Shown here piece after piece: positions 1 to 9,158 of a stretch of DNA of 64,000 bases. The first letter of the stretch is position 1; each line of letters opens with the position of its first letter. The position numbers and the translations under genes were made by a program. Below the pieces are notes generated by a model, which was not told where the DNA came from, made no database searches, and saw nothing but the letters and a program-made list of their open reading frames with translations. The DNA is from Promethearchaeota archaeon (GTDB taxonomy: Archaea; Asgardarchaeota; Thorarchaeia; Thorarchaeales; Thorarchaeaceae), in contig WJMJ01000131.1 of NCBI GenBank assembly GCA_014728035.1, positions 32,001 to 96,000 on the forward strand, in the 5' to 3' direction.

Positions 1-217
1 GATTAGTTTCGTATCTTTGAATAATGTCAATATCTATGGAGATGTCCAGTTGCCCACTCGATAACTCAAACATGCAAACAACAACGATTTGTTCTAAGCT
101 TTTTTTAGGAACCTGCTCCAGTATATATTGAGTGACTTCATTTTCACACTCTTCAGCGAGTTTTTCTATTTCTGTATCAGATAGATTGGGTAGTCCAATC
201 TCCAATAAGGGGCTCAT
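1..217 (-). CDS. DUF3194-like protein, 3'-partial (runs off window start)
   Basis: Read manually: ATG at 217 gives MSPLLEIGLPNLSDTEIEKLAEECENEVTQYILEQVPKK..., open to position 1. It sits directly downstream of prefoldin beta, as in other archaeal exosome superoperons. Confidence 0.6.
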   Translation of the reverse strand, partial: MSPLLEIGLPNLSDTEIEKLAEECENEVTQYILEQVPKKSLEQIVVVCMFELSSGQLDISIDIDIIQRYETN

Positions 218-230
218 AGTGTTCACTGTA

Positions 231-593
231 TTATTGGCTACCTTGACCCAGAGATTGAATCTTCGTTGCGATTTTTGTTATTTCTTGTTTAGTTTCCTCA
301 AGTTTCTGTTCGAATCTTGGGACTGTTTCTTCAAGACGTTGCTTTTCTTTCTTCAAATCTTCTTGTGTCTTCACTTTATCAACTTGAAACATGACTTGCC
401 CAACAAACTTGTAGGTAGTAGTATCATCAGATTGTTTTTCCAATTCTTTAAGGGTTTCAGTTACTTCATGAAGCCGTTGTTTGAATGCTTGAAGATTTAC
501 AGATGTTTTCTCGTAACTTTGTGCAAGTTGCTCGTACTTCTGGCGATATTTCATCATCTCATGCTCGACTTCAGGAGGGTTGCGTTGTGCCAT
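231..593 (-). CDS. pfdB: Prefoldin beta subunit
   Basis: Coiled coil with central YKFVGQVMF hairpin motif; superoperon context. Start refined to the ATG at 593 (MAQRNPP). Confidence 0.9.
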   Translation of the reverse strand: MAQRNPPEVEHEMMKYRQKYEQLAQSYEKTSVNLQAFKQRLHEVTETLKELEKQSDDTTTYKFVGQVMFQVDKVKTQEDLKKEKQRLEETVPRFEQKLEETKQEITKIATKIQSLGQGSQ

Positions 594-650
594 CGTATTG
601 TAACTCCCTGTAATTATAACAGGTTTCACATTGCGCGACCTCTCTGGTGA

Positions 651-662
651 CTTAAGGCTTTT
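651..662 (-). promoter_or_regulatory. Putative BRE/TATA-like promoter AAAAGCCTTAAG upstream of pfdB
   Basis: The same AAAGCCTTAAG 11-mer recurs upstream of psmA (6321-6331), in the same orientation relative to its gene. Confidence 0.45.
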
Positions 663-687
663 GGCATATATGATTACAAGAACTCTG

Positions 688-987
688 TTATTGGGATAAT
701 GATTCTAGGATTTCGAATGTTTGTTGACAACTGGATGCCCAAGCAAGATATGAGTTCATTGATGCCCGTAGTGCAGTCAAATCTTCTGCATCAATATCAA
801 TGAAAAGAATTGGCCCCTCAACACGAAGTGATGCAGACGCACGATCTGATGAGATAGAAACACTCTCTGGAAGAAGAGCAGCAAAAGCTACTTTTGCTAG
901 ATCAGGGGTTCCAAAATCTAATTCAAGGTTTGCCTGACAAGCAACTATCGGGCTTTCATCCTGATTTGTCATAGATACTACATTCAC
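688..987 (-). CDS. pcc1: KEOPS complex subunit Pcc1
   Basis: ALLPE...RAS...IDAEDLTALRASMNSYL motif; canonical position in the superoperon. Confidence 0.88.
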   Translation of the reverse strand: MNVVSMTNQDESPIVACQANLELDFGTPDLAKVAFAALLPESVSISSDRASASLRVEGPILFIDIDAEDLTALRASMNSYLAWASSCQQTFEILESLSQ

Positions 988-1029
988 GTCCGAGAACTTG
1001 TTTGTTTTGATGGCGATATTAGATGAAAA

Positions 1030-1581
1030 TCATTGAATGGATTTGACACTAATACGAGGTCCAATTTCCATCCCGTCTGCAGAATGATAATGGGTCCAAA
1101 TTACACTCCCAGATTTAGGCGCATCAAGAACTATAGAACCCATATTACTATAATCAGATCCCAATGGCATAATTCCATCCGATTTGACAACAGGAACATC
1201 TGTTACTTCTGCAAGTATTGCTCCTAAACGAATCACGTCAGGGTTATCGGAGTTAAGAGAAACAATAGAATGAATCGAATTGATCCGAGGGGCTTTTCTC
1301 GATTGTACTTCACGCTTAAGTGCAGCACTCTTAGTCCGAATAGTGATGAACTCAACACCATTGGAATTGATGAATCGAATATCTCCAACATTTCCTCTAA
1401 ACATGGTAACAACTAGTGCTACTTTTGCGGTGCTTATTTGAATTCTAGCAGTAAGTTCGGAAAGGTTCATTCCTCCACGATTGAAACGCTCAGAACCAGG
1501 AAGTACAGACCATAAATCGCGAACGAAACTACGCACTCTGTTAGAGGTTCTACGTGAGGTGGTGATTAGAAACAAATCCAA
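1030..1581 (-). CDS. Brix/IMP4-domain ribosome biogenesis protein
   Basis: N-terminal ITTSRRTSNRVRSFVRDL...NRG and C-terminal GP motif; TTG start. Confidence 0.85.
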   Translation of the reverse strand: MDLFLITTSRRTSNRVRSFVRDLWSVLPGSERFNRGGMNLSELTARIQISTAKVALVVTMFRGNVGDIRFINSNGVEFITIRTKSAALKREVQSRKAPRINSIHSIVSLNSDNPDVIRLGAILAEVTDVPVVKSDGIMPLGSDYSNMGSIVLDAPKSGSVIWTHYHSADGMEIGPRISVKSIQ

Positions 1582-1595
1582 TCGAACCCTATGTT

Positions 1596-2063
1596 TCAGT
1601 CAAAAGACTCTGAATCGCCTATCTCTTCGTCCTCTACATCTTCAGGCAGTTCATAATCATCAGAAATGTCTTCGTATGCGTCAGATGCTTCAAGGACTAT
1701 TTCTTCTTCATCCAAATTTGGGAGAAACGAAGGCAGTTCTTCTGACTCGGTTGTTTCCCCAATTTCGATATCTTCAGTATCTTTGAGTGACAGAAGGTCA
1801 TCAGATACACGCTGGGCAATAGCACGACGAGCTGCTTTTCCTGCATCTGTATAGGGGACGTAAGCGCCACCAGCAAAGAGAATACCACATTTTCGGCATG
1901 TCCAGAGACCAGCAGCTTTTCTCTTCAGAGCTTTTGTTGCACAAGATGGACACCTATGCTCTTCCTTTCGACGTCGCTCGATATCGAGTACTCTACGACG
2001 TAGCTTAGAACCGTATCTTGCTCCAAAGCGACCAGTGCTACCAACTTTCTTTGTTCTTGCCAA
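1596..2063 (-). CDS. rpl37ae: 50S ribosomal protein eL43 (L37Ae) with long acidic C-terminal extension
   Basis: TKKVGSTGRFGARYG, CPSC...WTCRKC zinc finger and FAGGAY; TTG start. Confidence 0.95.
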   Translation of the reverse strand: MARTKKVGSTGRFGARYGSKLRRRVLDIERRRKEEHRCPSCATKALKRKAAGLWTCRKCGILFAGGAYVPYTDAGKAARRAIAQRVSDDLLSLKDTEDIEIGETTESEELPSFLPNLDEEEIVLEASDAYEDISDDYELPEDVEDEEIGDSESFD

Positions 2064-2178
2064 TTTAGTGGGCTCCTGTTAATTATAATGATTCCAATTA
2101 TTTCACAATAGGCGTGAGGAATCTATTAGTCGCCCATCGTGTCTACTTATTAGCGTATCTATTTGTCGAATGAAACCA

Positions 2179-2202
2179 GGAGGTTCCAGTAGCAGAACCT
2201 CC
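2179..2202 (-). terminator. GC-rich hairpin downstream of rrp42
   Basis: GGAGGTTC-N8-GAACCTCC perfect 8-bp inverted repeat just past the stop codon. Confidence 0.55.
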
Positions 2203-2217
2203 CAACATTTCGATTTC

Positions 2218-3048
2218 TTATTCTTTCTTGGATGCTACTGCATCTCGTATTGCCTTGCGAATCTCTTTGGACCTGGCAAGAGCAATATCCATTGCTTCGT
2301 CTATCTGAGAGAGAGGCATCGGTCCACTACCGCCGCCTTTCTGTAAAGCAGTGAATTTCTCATGGTCATCAATAGCCATGGTCAACCTACAGTCCTGAAC
2401 AAACTCTTCCTTCAGAACAGGATCAATAACAATATGGTCACCGATTTTTGACACGGTGTGTTCAATAGCCATATTCTGCACAGGTAATTTGAGTTTCTTT
2501 CCAGTTGGGACGACTTCGTCATCTTCTACTTTCAGTTCATCATACTCAGTAGTCAGCAATGCGGCATTGACTGCCATGGAACTTGCATCTATCAAGTTTC
2601 CATCATATTCTAACGTGTACACATCAGCAAATACCATGAAGACTTTCTTGCCTTCTTCAAGACAGAGCTGTTTAACATCTATGGTTTCTGATTCACGAAC
2701 ACCACGATCAACAACACGTGCTAGCTCAATGGCATTCTCACGTGGTGGACCCAGTTCAAATAATGGAGAGGCTATCGGAGCTAATTCTGCAGTCACCATA
2801 ACAACACCCTCATCAGGATTGTCAGGATATGGTTCACCAACAAGAACCTTCACTCCAGCAATGACAGTCGTACCACCCAATCTAATAATTGCTGAACCCT
2901 CTGCTTTTGCGTCAACAGGATTAAGCTCTATCTCTAGTGGACGATACATGTCAAACTTTCTGCCATCAACACGTTCTCCATTCTTGAGGAGATCATCGAT
3001 GTAATCTCGGTCAATGTGACTGATTGTTTCTGCACTATAGTCTCCCAT
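2218..3048 (-). CDS. rrp42: Exosome complex component Rrp42
   Basis: RVDGRKFDMYR, KAEGSA, PYPDNPDEG, ELARVVDRGVRES and DGNLIDA motifs. Confidence 0.96.
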   Translation of the reverse strand: MGDYSAETISHIDRDYIDDLLKNGERVDGRKFDMYRPLEIELNPVDAKAEGSAIIRLGGTTVIAGVKVLVGEPYPDNPDEGVVMVTAELAPIASPLFELGPPRENAIELARVVDRGVRESETIDVKQLCLEEGKKVFMVFADVYTLEYDGNLIDASSMAVNAALLTTEYDELKVEDDEVVPTGKKLKLPVQNMAIEHTVSKIGDHIVIDPVLKEEFVQDCRLTMAIDDHEKFTALQKGGGSGPMPLSQIDEAMDIALARSKEIRKAIRDAVASKKE

Positions 3049-3872
3049 TACTCTTCATCCTCCAAATCAGATTCTCCAAGGTCCGTTTCTAAATCGTCCT
3101 CGTAGTCATCATCGTCATCGTCATCGTCATCATCGTCATCTGTGGGGCGTCTCTTTGCATATGCCTGTTTTAGGGCTTCTTTCTGGAGCTCATGCATGTA
3201 TTTGCAGGCAGTGACACCCATCTCAATTGCCTCGAGCAATTCTTCTTTTGTGAAATGACCATCTTGCTGTAACAGTGTGATGTCATCCTTTGGGGGTAGC
3301 GTGGCTAATGGGATATCACCTTCTCCATATTTGTCCTCGGCATCTCCAAGATCAAGCAGAAGAGTGCCTTGTGCCTTTCCGACCGCAACTGAAGGTACCA
3401 ATGTACGCATTGGAATACCAGCATCTGCTAGAGCTAGGGATGCTGCATTGATTGATGCACAACGTGTACCGCCATCAGCCTGGATGACTTGAATGAAAAC
3501 GTCAACTACTGCTTTTGGAAATTCCTCCAAGAACAGTGCGGGTTCAAGAGCATTTGCTATAACCATTGAGATCTCTCTCTCGCGTCGAGATGGTGCGGGT
3601 CGTTTCCTATCCGGTACTGAGAAAGTTGCCATTCTGTAGACCACTCGGAGATAGGCACGATCATTCAATGTGAGATGTCTTGGATGTAGTTCACGAGGTC
3701 CATATACAGCAGCAAGGATGTATGTGTTTCCCTGTCTTATTGACGCGGATCCGTCTGCTTGTTTTAATACACCAACCTTCATCTCGACAGGACGGAGCTC
3801 ATCTGGGCGTCTCCCATCTATTCTGAGACCCTCTGCATTTATCAGATTGTCCGGCTTTTCTTCGGGACTCAT
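3048..3872 (-). CDS. rrp41: Exosome complex exonuclease Rrp41 with poly-Asp/Glu tail
   Basis: RIDGRRPDELRP, AAVYGPRE, ADGGTRCASINAASLALADAGIPM and EDKYGEGD motifs. Confidence 0.97.
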   Translation of the reverse strand: MSPEEKPDNLINAEGLRIDGRRPDELRPVEMKVGVLKQADGSASIRQGNTYILAAVYGPRELHPRHLTLNDRAYLRVVYRMATFSVPDRKRPAPSRREREISMVIANALEPALFLEEFPKAVVDVFIQVIQADGGTRCASINAASLALADAGIPMRTLVPSVAVGKAQGTLLLDLGDAEDKYGEGDIPLATLPPKDDITLLQQDGHFTKEELLEAIEMGVTACKYMHELQKEALKQAYAKRRPTDDDDDDDDDDDDYEDDLETDLGESDLEDEE

Positions 3873-4615
3873 TCTTCTTTATCCTCCATTTCTTCTTCTT
3901 TATCATCAGTTTCTTCTTCGGTCTCTTCTTCAAGCTTTGCCAACTCTTCTTCCAGCATGCCTTTCACGCGGTCCGTGAGTTTGGATGTGTGCGCTTGTTC
4001 CTCAATCATGCGAAATGCCTTGATTGCTAGACGTGTAGTGGTTATATCTTTTGCACGAACCCAGATACGACCGTTTTGTGCAACCACAACCTGGATTCCT
4101 AATAGGTCTTTGATCATGTTAATCATTGAACCTCTGCGTCCAATTATTCTGGGTACCTTTGCAGGGCTCACATGCATGATCATTCCACCTTCCAATTTGC
4201 GTAATCCACGACCTTTCATTGAAAGAAAGGGTCCGGTTACACGATCATAGGTGGAAATCTCTGCGACGATTACGTCTCCGATATCCATATAGTAGGAAAT
4301 ATCATCCTTATACGGACGACGTAAAGCATTGTTTGCGTGAAGTGATGCCCCATACGGACCTCCAATTTCAACACGCCAATTATTACCTACAACTTGTGTT
4401 ATTGTACCAATTACTAAATCGCCCTGCCGTGGAGCGTAAACTCCCTCTAGGGCTACAACTTTGACAGTATTCCCACGTAGCTCTGCTAAGCCCACTACTG
4501 CAGAGTAGACCTTTCCTTCTCTGTCAGCATATGTGCCATAAGACGGACGATATCGCCCCTCTGCTAGCAGCTGTCCGGGTACAACTATCTCGCGTTTATT
4601 AAAATAGACAGCCAA
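3869..4615 (-). CDS. rrp4: Exosome RNA-binding cap protein Rrp4
   Basis: VVPG N-terminus, S1 domain (YAPRQGDLVIG) and KH domain (KVPRIIGRRGSMI, NGRIW). Confidence 0.95.
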   Translation of the reverse strand: MAVYFNKREIVVPGQLLAEGRYRPSYGTYADREGKVYSAVVGLAELRGNTVKVVALEGVYAPRQGDLVIGTITQVVGNNWRVEIGGPYGASLHANNALRRPYKDDISYYMDIGDVIVAEISTYDRVTGPFLSMKGRGLRKLEGGMIMHVSPAKVPRIIGRRGSMINMIKDLLGIQVVVAQNGRIWVRAKDITTTRLAIKAFRMIEEQAHTSKLTDRVKGMLEEELAKLEEETEEETDDKEEEMEDKEE

Positions 4616-4670
4616 TTTTTATTCCTCTTTCTACTGTTATCTATCTATAAGTGATTATGCTATGAATGTT

Positions 4671-5396
4671 CTATCGTACTACTTCGATTCTGACTTGGCC
4701 TTTTGTTAGTTTGTTAAGAGTGTCATATAGCTCTTGGCGCTGTGCAGCAGGTAGCTCCACAACCCCAGTCCATGAACCATCTTTTTCCCAAGTTTCAGAT
4801 TTGATTACTCCCGTTTCTGCGACGAGATTATATCCCTTTCCGGTATGCGCAGCAGGAAGAGTGACTTTAAGTTTTACACTCTCAAAAGATATGGGGATAA
4901 TCACACGAAGGGCCTTTACAATTCCTGGAACTTGTTCTTCCACTTTGATGAAAGGGTCAACACGGACTTTTGCCTCTTCCATAGCTTGGGCTATTCGGTC
5001 AGGAGGGTGGGGGTGTCCTGTTTGAGGATTCATCGCACGCTTCGATATATTGTGAATGATATCAGCAGTCTTTTCCTCAACAAGATGTGTTCTTTGTTCG
5101 TGGGTTAATTTGAATTCACCATATTTGATTATTTCAGGAGCAATCTCGAAGATTTCAGCTGTGCCAAAGGTATCTTCAGCAAGGTCATCAGATGCTTTTT
5201 CTCCACGTCGGGCATCTTCATAAATCTCGTAGCTTTTCAGAATTTCTTCGAGTGGAATGTCCGTACCACGTCGATATTCAAATGCTAAATCGGGGTCAAC
5301 AAAGATTTCAAACCTAAGATGTCCCTTTTGAATGCCTATAACTACTGCATCAAGATCAAGCCATTTCTCACCAGATTTCTTGCCAGAACCCATCAT
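4671..5396 (-). CDS. Ribosome maturation factor SBDS/Sdo1
   Basis: FEIFVDP, NPQTGHPHPPDRIAQAMEEA and LNKLTKG motifs; superoperon position. Confidence 0.95.
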   Translation of the reverse strand: MMGSGKKSGEKWLDLDAVVIGIQKGHLRFEIFVDPDLAFEYRRGTDIPLEEILKSYEIYEDARRGEKASDDLAEDTFGTAEIFEIAPEIIKYGEFKLTHEQRTHLVEEKTADIIHNISKRAMNPQTGHPHPPDRIAQAMEEAKVRVDPFIKVEEQVPGIVKALRVIIPISFESVKLKVTLPAAHTGKGYNLVAETGVIKSETWEKDGSWTGVVELPAAQRQELYDTLNKLTKGQVRIEVVR

Positions 5397-5422
5397 TCTT
5401 CAAAGTCAACTCCAAGTGTTAG

Positions 5423-6175
5423 TTATTCCGTTCCAGATTCCAATAATGCCTTTATTTCATCATGGGTCAATCTTTCAAACTCTTTTGTCTTAACTGGAAT
5501 CTTTGCAATCTCAACATTTTCAGGAGTCAGTTCAGTGTTTCCAGTTTCTCGTAAAGCTGCAAGAGCCAGTTCAACTCCCTTAGACACGGTGACGGATGGT
5601 TTGTAATGTTCTTCTAAGTATGCACCTGCACGAGAACTACCACGACCAATAACCGTTGCCATATAACCCCAAGAAGTGCCTACTGGATCAGTGACTATCA
5701 GTTGAGGTGAATCATCAAAATCCACCGAACTGATTATCATAGCAACACCAAAGGGTCTTCCAGGTGGTAGTTGACTATAATCGGGCAGTTCCAATGCAAT
5801 GGATAAACGAGCTGCTTTCACCTCACAGATGAAATCAGCTAGTGCTTCTGCAGTTATTGGTTCATCATAGCTCAACCAGTAAGACTGAGTATGAGTCCGC
5901 GCTTCGCGAATAAGATATCTTGCATCGGCCATAAGACCTGATGTCGCAACAGCAATGTGTGAATCTATCTTTGAAATCTTTTCTACACTATCTGGTTCTT
6001 GTAGAGGCATGAGTTTCTTTTCGGCTAATAATACAACACCATCTTTACAAAGAATGCCGATTGATGTTGCACCTTGTTCTACTGCCTTCTTCGCATATTC
6101 GGCAGCAAATATACGCCCATCTGGGCTAAATACACTGGTGGACATGTCATATCCACGACCCGAGATTCCAAACAC
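5423..6175 (-). CDS. psmA: 20S proteasome alpha subunit (divergent, ~10-aa insertion before YSQ..RPFGV)
   Basis: GYD..VFSPDGR..EYAKKAV, SGLMADAR, RPFGV and DPVG motifs. Start refined to the GTG at 6175, which follows a GGAGG RBS. Confidence 0.93.
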   Translation of the reverse strand: MFGISGRGYDMSTSVFSPDGRIFAAEYAKKAVEQGATSIGILCKDGVVLLAEKKLMPLQEPDSVEKISKIDSHIAVATSGLMADARYLIREARTHTQSYWLSYDEPITAEALADFICEVKAARLSIALELPDYSQLPPGRPFGVAMIISSVDFDDSPQLIVTDPVGTSWGYMATVIGRGSSRAGAYLEEHYKPSVTVSKGVELALAALRETGNTELTPENVEIAKIPVKTKEFERLTHDEIKALLESGTE

Positions 6176-6320
6176 TGTATAGATTCCTCCATAAGTCATT
6201 AATTGCAAATCGAAAGTCAGAACCTCAAAGGGCGAATCCTGACAGTTCCGAATCATCCTAATGCCAGATGTGGCAGATATTGATTGCCCATAGCATTGAT
6301 AATTGCATTAGGCTCAAAAG

Positions 6321-6331
6321 CTTAAGGCTTT
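6321..6331 (-). promoter_or_regulatory. Putative BRE/TATA-like promoter of the psmA-exosome operon
   Basis: AAAGCCTTAAG, the same 11-mer found upstream of pfdB. Confidence 0.4.
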
Positions 6332-6394
6332 AAATAACTCATAAAGCTTCTGGTACTGCAAATAAATAAGGAGGGATTGGACTCGTAGTCCAAA

Positions 6395-6793
6395 TCACCT
6401 TTGAATCATATAGAAATACGAGAGAACACCGAGGGATGCGATGAACGTTGCTGCAGCCAATTCGGGACTGAACATGAGATAAGACATAGCTGTAACAATG
6501 ATTATGAGTACAATAATCTCGGTCCATCCTGCTCGGATACCACTAATCATTAGACGTAGGTTGAAAGCTGAAATCGAAGCAAAGAAGAAGAATCCAATCA
6601 TAACAAGGAGTTCGAGACCCCATAGAACCCAAGGATTAAGATCCTGAATAGCACCGACAGGACTGGTATCAATAACATCCGGGGAAGACCACGCCCATAA
6701 TGTCAGAGCGACCACTAATAATATGATGGACAACAATATAGTTACTACATTAGAACGCATTAGTTCACTTTTTTCAGGAGTATTACCGCTCAC
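6395..6793 (-). CDS. Small multi-pass membrane protein, unknown function
   Basis: Four hydrophobic segments; fills the gap between operons. Confidence 0.7.
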   Translation of the reverse strand: MSGNTPEKSELMRSNVVTILLSIILLVVALTLWAWSSPDVIDTSPVGAIQDLNPWVLWGLELLVMIGFFFFASISAFNLRLMISGIRAGWTEIIVLIIIVTAMSYLMFSPELAAATFIASLGVLSYFYMIQR

Positions 6794-6866
6794 TATGAGT
6801 CACACCGACCTTGATTCGCGAAACAAAGATATTCCCACTTAAAGATACCGACAGAGCTAGTATCGT

Positions 6867-7823
6867 CTAGTCATGGTTATGCTCGTGCTCATGGGCTTGT
6901 TCAGCAGATGCGGAGAGAGCTTCGTAGAAAGTGTCAGATAGGTCTTCTTCTTCGGGGAATTCAGTATCAAAATCAGCGTTCACTCTGTCACGGAACCGTT
7001 TGATTTGCATTGTAACGACATAGATTAGAGCAGCAATTATTCCAGCGATAGCGCTTGGAGATGCTTGTATTGTTAACGATGCAAAGAGCCCTACAACTTC
7101 CGAAACCAGTGCAAAGAAGAACACAGTGACCATAACACCACGTACTGAACGCATGACCTCATTCGAGGCAGCCGCTGGTGCAACCATAATGGCATAAACC
7201 AAAATAGCCCCGACTGCTTTTGTTGCAAAAGCAATCGCTAAAGCTGAAGTGATGAGCATAAGATAATGATATGCTCGGGCATTCAGCCCATGTGCGATAG
7301 AACCTTCCATATCAACACTGACATAGACATATTCCTTGTTGAAAAGTAATGCGATCAATACTAGGATAATTGCTGTGCCACCCAGTAATACGACATCCAA
7401 GTTATCCAGTAGAAGAATATCACCAACAAGATATCCCCAAACCTGAGGCACCTGCGTTGGAGGAATATAGTGTAATAAAAAGACTGCAATACTCATGGAT
7501 AGAGCAAAAGAAACCCCAACTGCAACCTCCATCTTTTGAGAGATGCCGCTTTCGCCAGCATAGCCAGTGACTACCGCGACTAACACACTGAATATAAGAG
7601 ATCCCAGAACGGGATCAAACCAAGGCAAGATGCCAGAATATTGTAAGAACATACCAAGCGCAGCGCCGCCTAATGCAGCATGAGCTACACCAGCGGTCAT
7701 AAAGGACAGGCCTCGAAACACTAGAAATGTTCCACTTGTCGATGCTACAACTGCAATAAGAATAGAGGCAATGAGAGCCCTTTGAAAAAAAGGAATAGCA
7801 AATAATTGTATTAGATCATTCAT
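6867..7823 (-). CDS. znuB: Zn/Mn ABC transporter permease with acidic/His-rich tail
   Basis: FFQRALIA, AHAALGG, YLVGDIL and VGAILV motifs. Start refined to the ATG at 7823, which overlaps the end of znuC. Confidence 0.9.
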   Translation of the reverse strand: MNDLIQLFAIPFFQRALIASILIAVVASTSGTFLVFRGLSFMTAGVAHAALGGAALGMFLQYSGILPWFDPVLGSLIFSVLVAVVTGYAGESGISQKMEVAVGVSFALSMSIAVFLLHYIPPTQVPQVWGYLVGDILLLDNLDVVLLGGTAIILVLIALLFNKEYVYVSVDMEGSIAHGLNARAYHYLMLITSALAIAFATKAVGAILVYAIMVAPAAASNEVMRSVRGVMVTVFFFALVSEVVGLFASLTIQASPSAIAGIIAALIYVVTMQIKRFRDRVNADFDTEFPEEEDLSDTFYEALSASAEQAHEHEHNHD

Positions 7824-8622
7824 GTCTATCAATTCCAGAATCATGTGTGACACAGTATCTATGGCCAGCATACTCGACTATTCGAGCAGTAGGCCCGTAT
7901 ACTTTAGTCAATAATTCTACATCCATGATTGAACAGGGAGCGCCAATTCCAATCACGGTTCGTTTTAGAAGCAACACACTTCGAACCATTTTATGAATAG
8001 GATTCAAGTCATGTGTGACCATAATTATACTCACATCATTATTCTGATGGTATTCTTCAAGTGCGTCGACAATCAATCGCTGGCTTTCAGCATCTGTTCC
8101 AGCTAGTGGCTCATCAAGAATGAGGATACTGCCTTTTCCTGCAAGGGCTCGTGCAACTAGCACTCTTTGTCTTTGCCCTCCAGAAAGTTCAGGAAAAGGC
8201 CGTTCCCACAACTCCAACATATCTACTTGTTTAAGAGCTTCTTTTGCAATCCGCTTGTCTTTAGATGATGCGAAACGTGGAGGTGATTTTTTCAATAACC
8301 GCCCCATAAGTGCAATATCTTTGACTTTCATAGGAATATTTAGACCAATTTGGTCGCGTTGGGGCACATAACGAACCATCCTCTGGATTTTATGGCTATC
8401 ACGTACCGAATCATACCCCATCATTTTGATGAATCCTCTAGTAGGTTGTATCAATCCCAAAGCGGCCTTGAGAAGAGTACTTTTCCCAGATCCGTTGGGA
8501 CCAATAATAGCCATGAAACTGGGAGATTCAACACTGAAATTCACATGATGAAGTGCATATTCCCCATTCGGATATCGTACAGCTAGGTCTTTGACATCAA
8601 ACAATAGGTTTGATTCACTCAC
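7816..8622 (-). CDS. znuC: Zn/Mn ABC transporter ATP-binding protein
   Basis: Walker A GPNGSGKS, YVPQ, LSGGQRQR, LDEP and VTHD motifs. Confidence 0.93.
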   Translation of the reverse strand: MSESNLLFDVKDLAVRYPNGEYALHHVNFSVESPSFMAIIGPNGSGKSTLLKAALGLIQPTRGFIKMMGYDSVRDSHKIQRMVRYVPQRDQIGLNIPMKVKDIALMGRLLKKSPPRFASSKDKRIAKEALKQVDMLELWERPFPELSGGQRQRVLVARALAGKGSILILDEPLAGTDAESQRLIVDALEEYHQNNDVSIIMVTHDLNPIHKMVRSVLLLKRTVIGIGAPCSIMDVELLTKVYGPTARIVEYAGHRYCVTHDSGIDRHE

Positions 8623-9020
8623 TCAACTTTGCCCCCGATGAGGGCCATATGTAATCGGGTCATATGAATTTCCCCTTTGATTTCTTTTACGAAAGCCTTC
8701 ACCTCTTCAGCATCACCTTTCACAATCATTATCTCGATATTCTCTCCGGTGTTCGATTTAGTGTGCATCACAGTTGACACTATCGAACCATAATTATCGA
8801 GAATTGATTTTGATTGAAATCCCTTTAGGGTCTTATTGTATACAGCAGTCGCTACTACTGTTACTTCTCCCTTAATCTTGTCAAGGTCTTGGTGGCGAGA
8901 AAGTAATATCTGAATTGCTTGTCGCACTACATCAGATCTACTGTTGAAACCACCCTCTTCCCTAAGAAATTCAAGTTCTTCTAAATCGGACTCGGGCATT
9001 GAAACAGCTACTATAGGCAT
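8619..9020 (-). CDS. NikR/CopG-family ribbon-helix-helix regulator
   Basis: MPIVAVSMPE...GFNSRSDVVRQAI RHH domain plus an ACT-like C-domain (EIMIVKG). Start refined to 9020. Confidence 0.85.
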   Translation of the reverse strand: MPIVAVSMPESDLEELEFLREEGGFNSRSDVVRQAIQILLSRHQDLDKIKGEVTVVATAVYNKTLKGFQSKSILDNYGSIVSTVMHTKSNTGENIEIMIVKGDAEEVKAFVKEIKGEIHMTRLHMALIGGKVE

Positions 9021-9158
9021 TACTATCATCTCTTTTGTGTTCTGTAACTTGCTCAGGCTATTTAGTAGAACATAAACCATTAATAACATTGCTGGAAAAA
9101 ACATTAGGATGCATTTATAGAAATAAAGTGCTGTCATTATCGAAAAGGTGTTGAGGTT

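Noticed and set aside
3100-3140. TCATCG-type tandem repeat (and similar tracts at 33940-34800 and 39600-39655) as a CRISPR array or VNTR
   Set aside because: These are codon repeats for poly-Asp/Glu or poly-Thr inside proteins, with no repeat-spacer structure.
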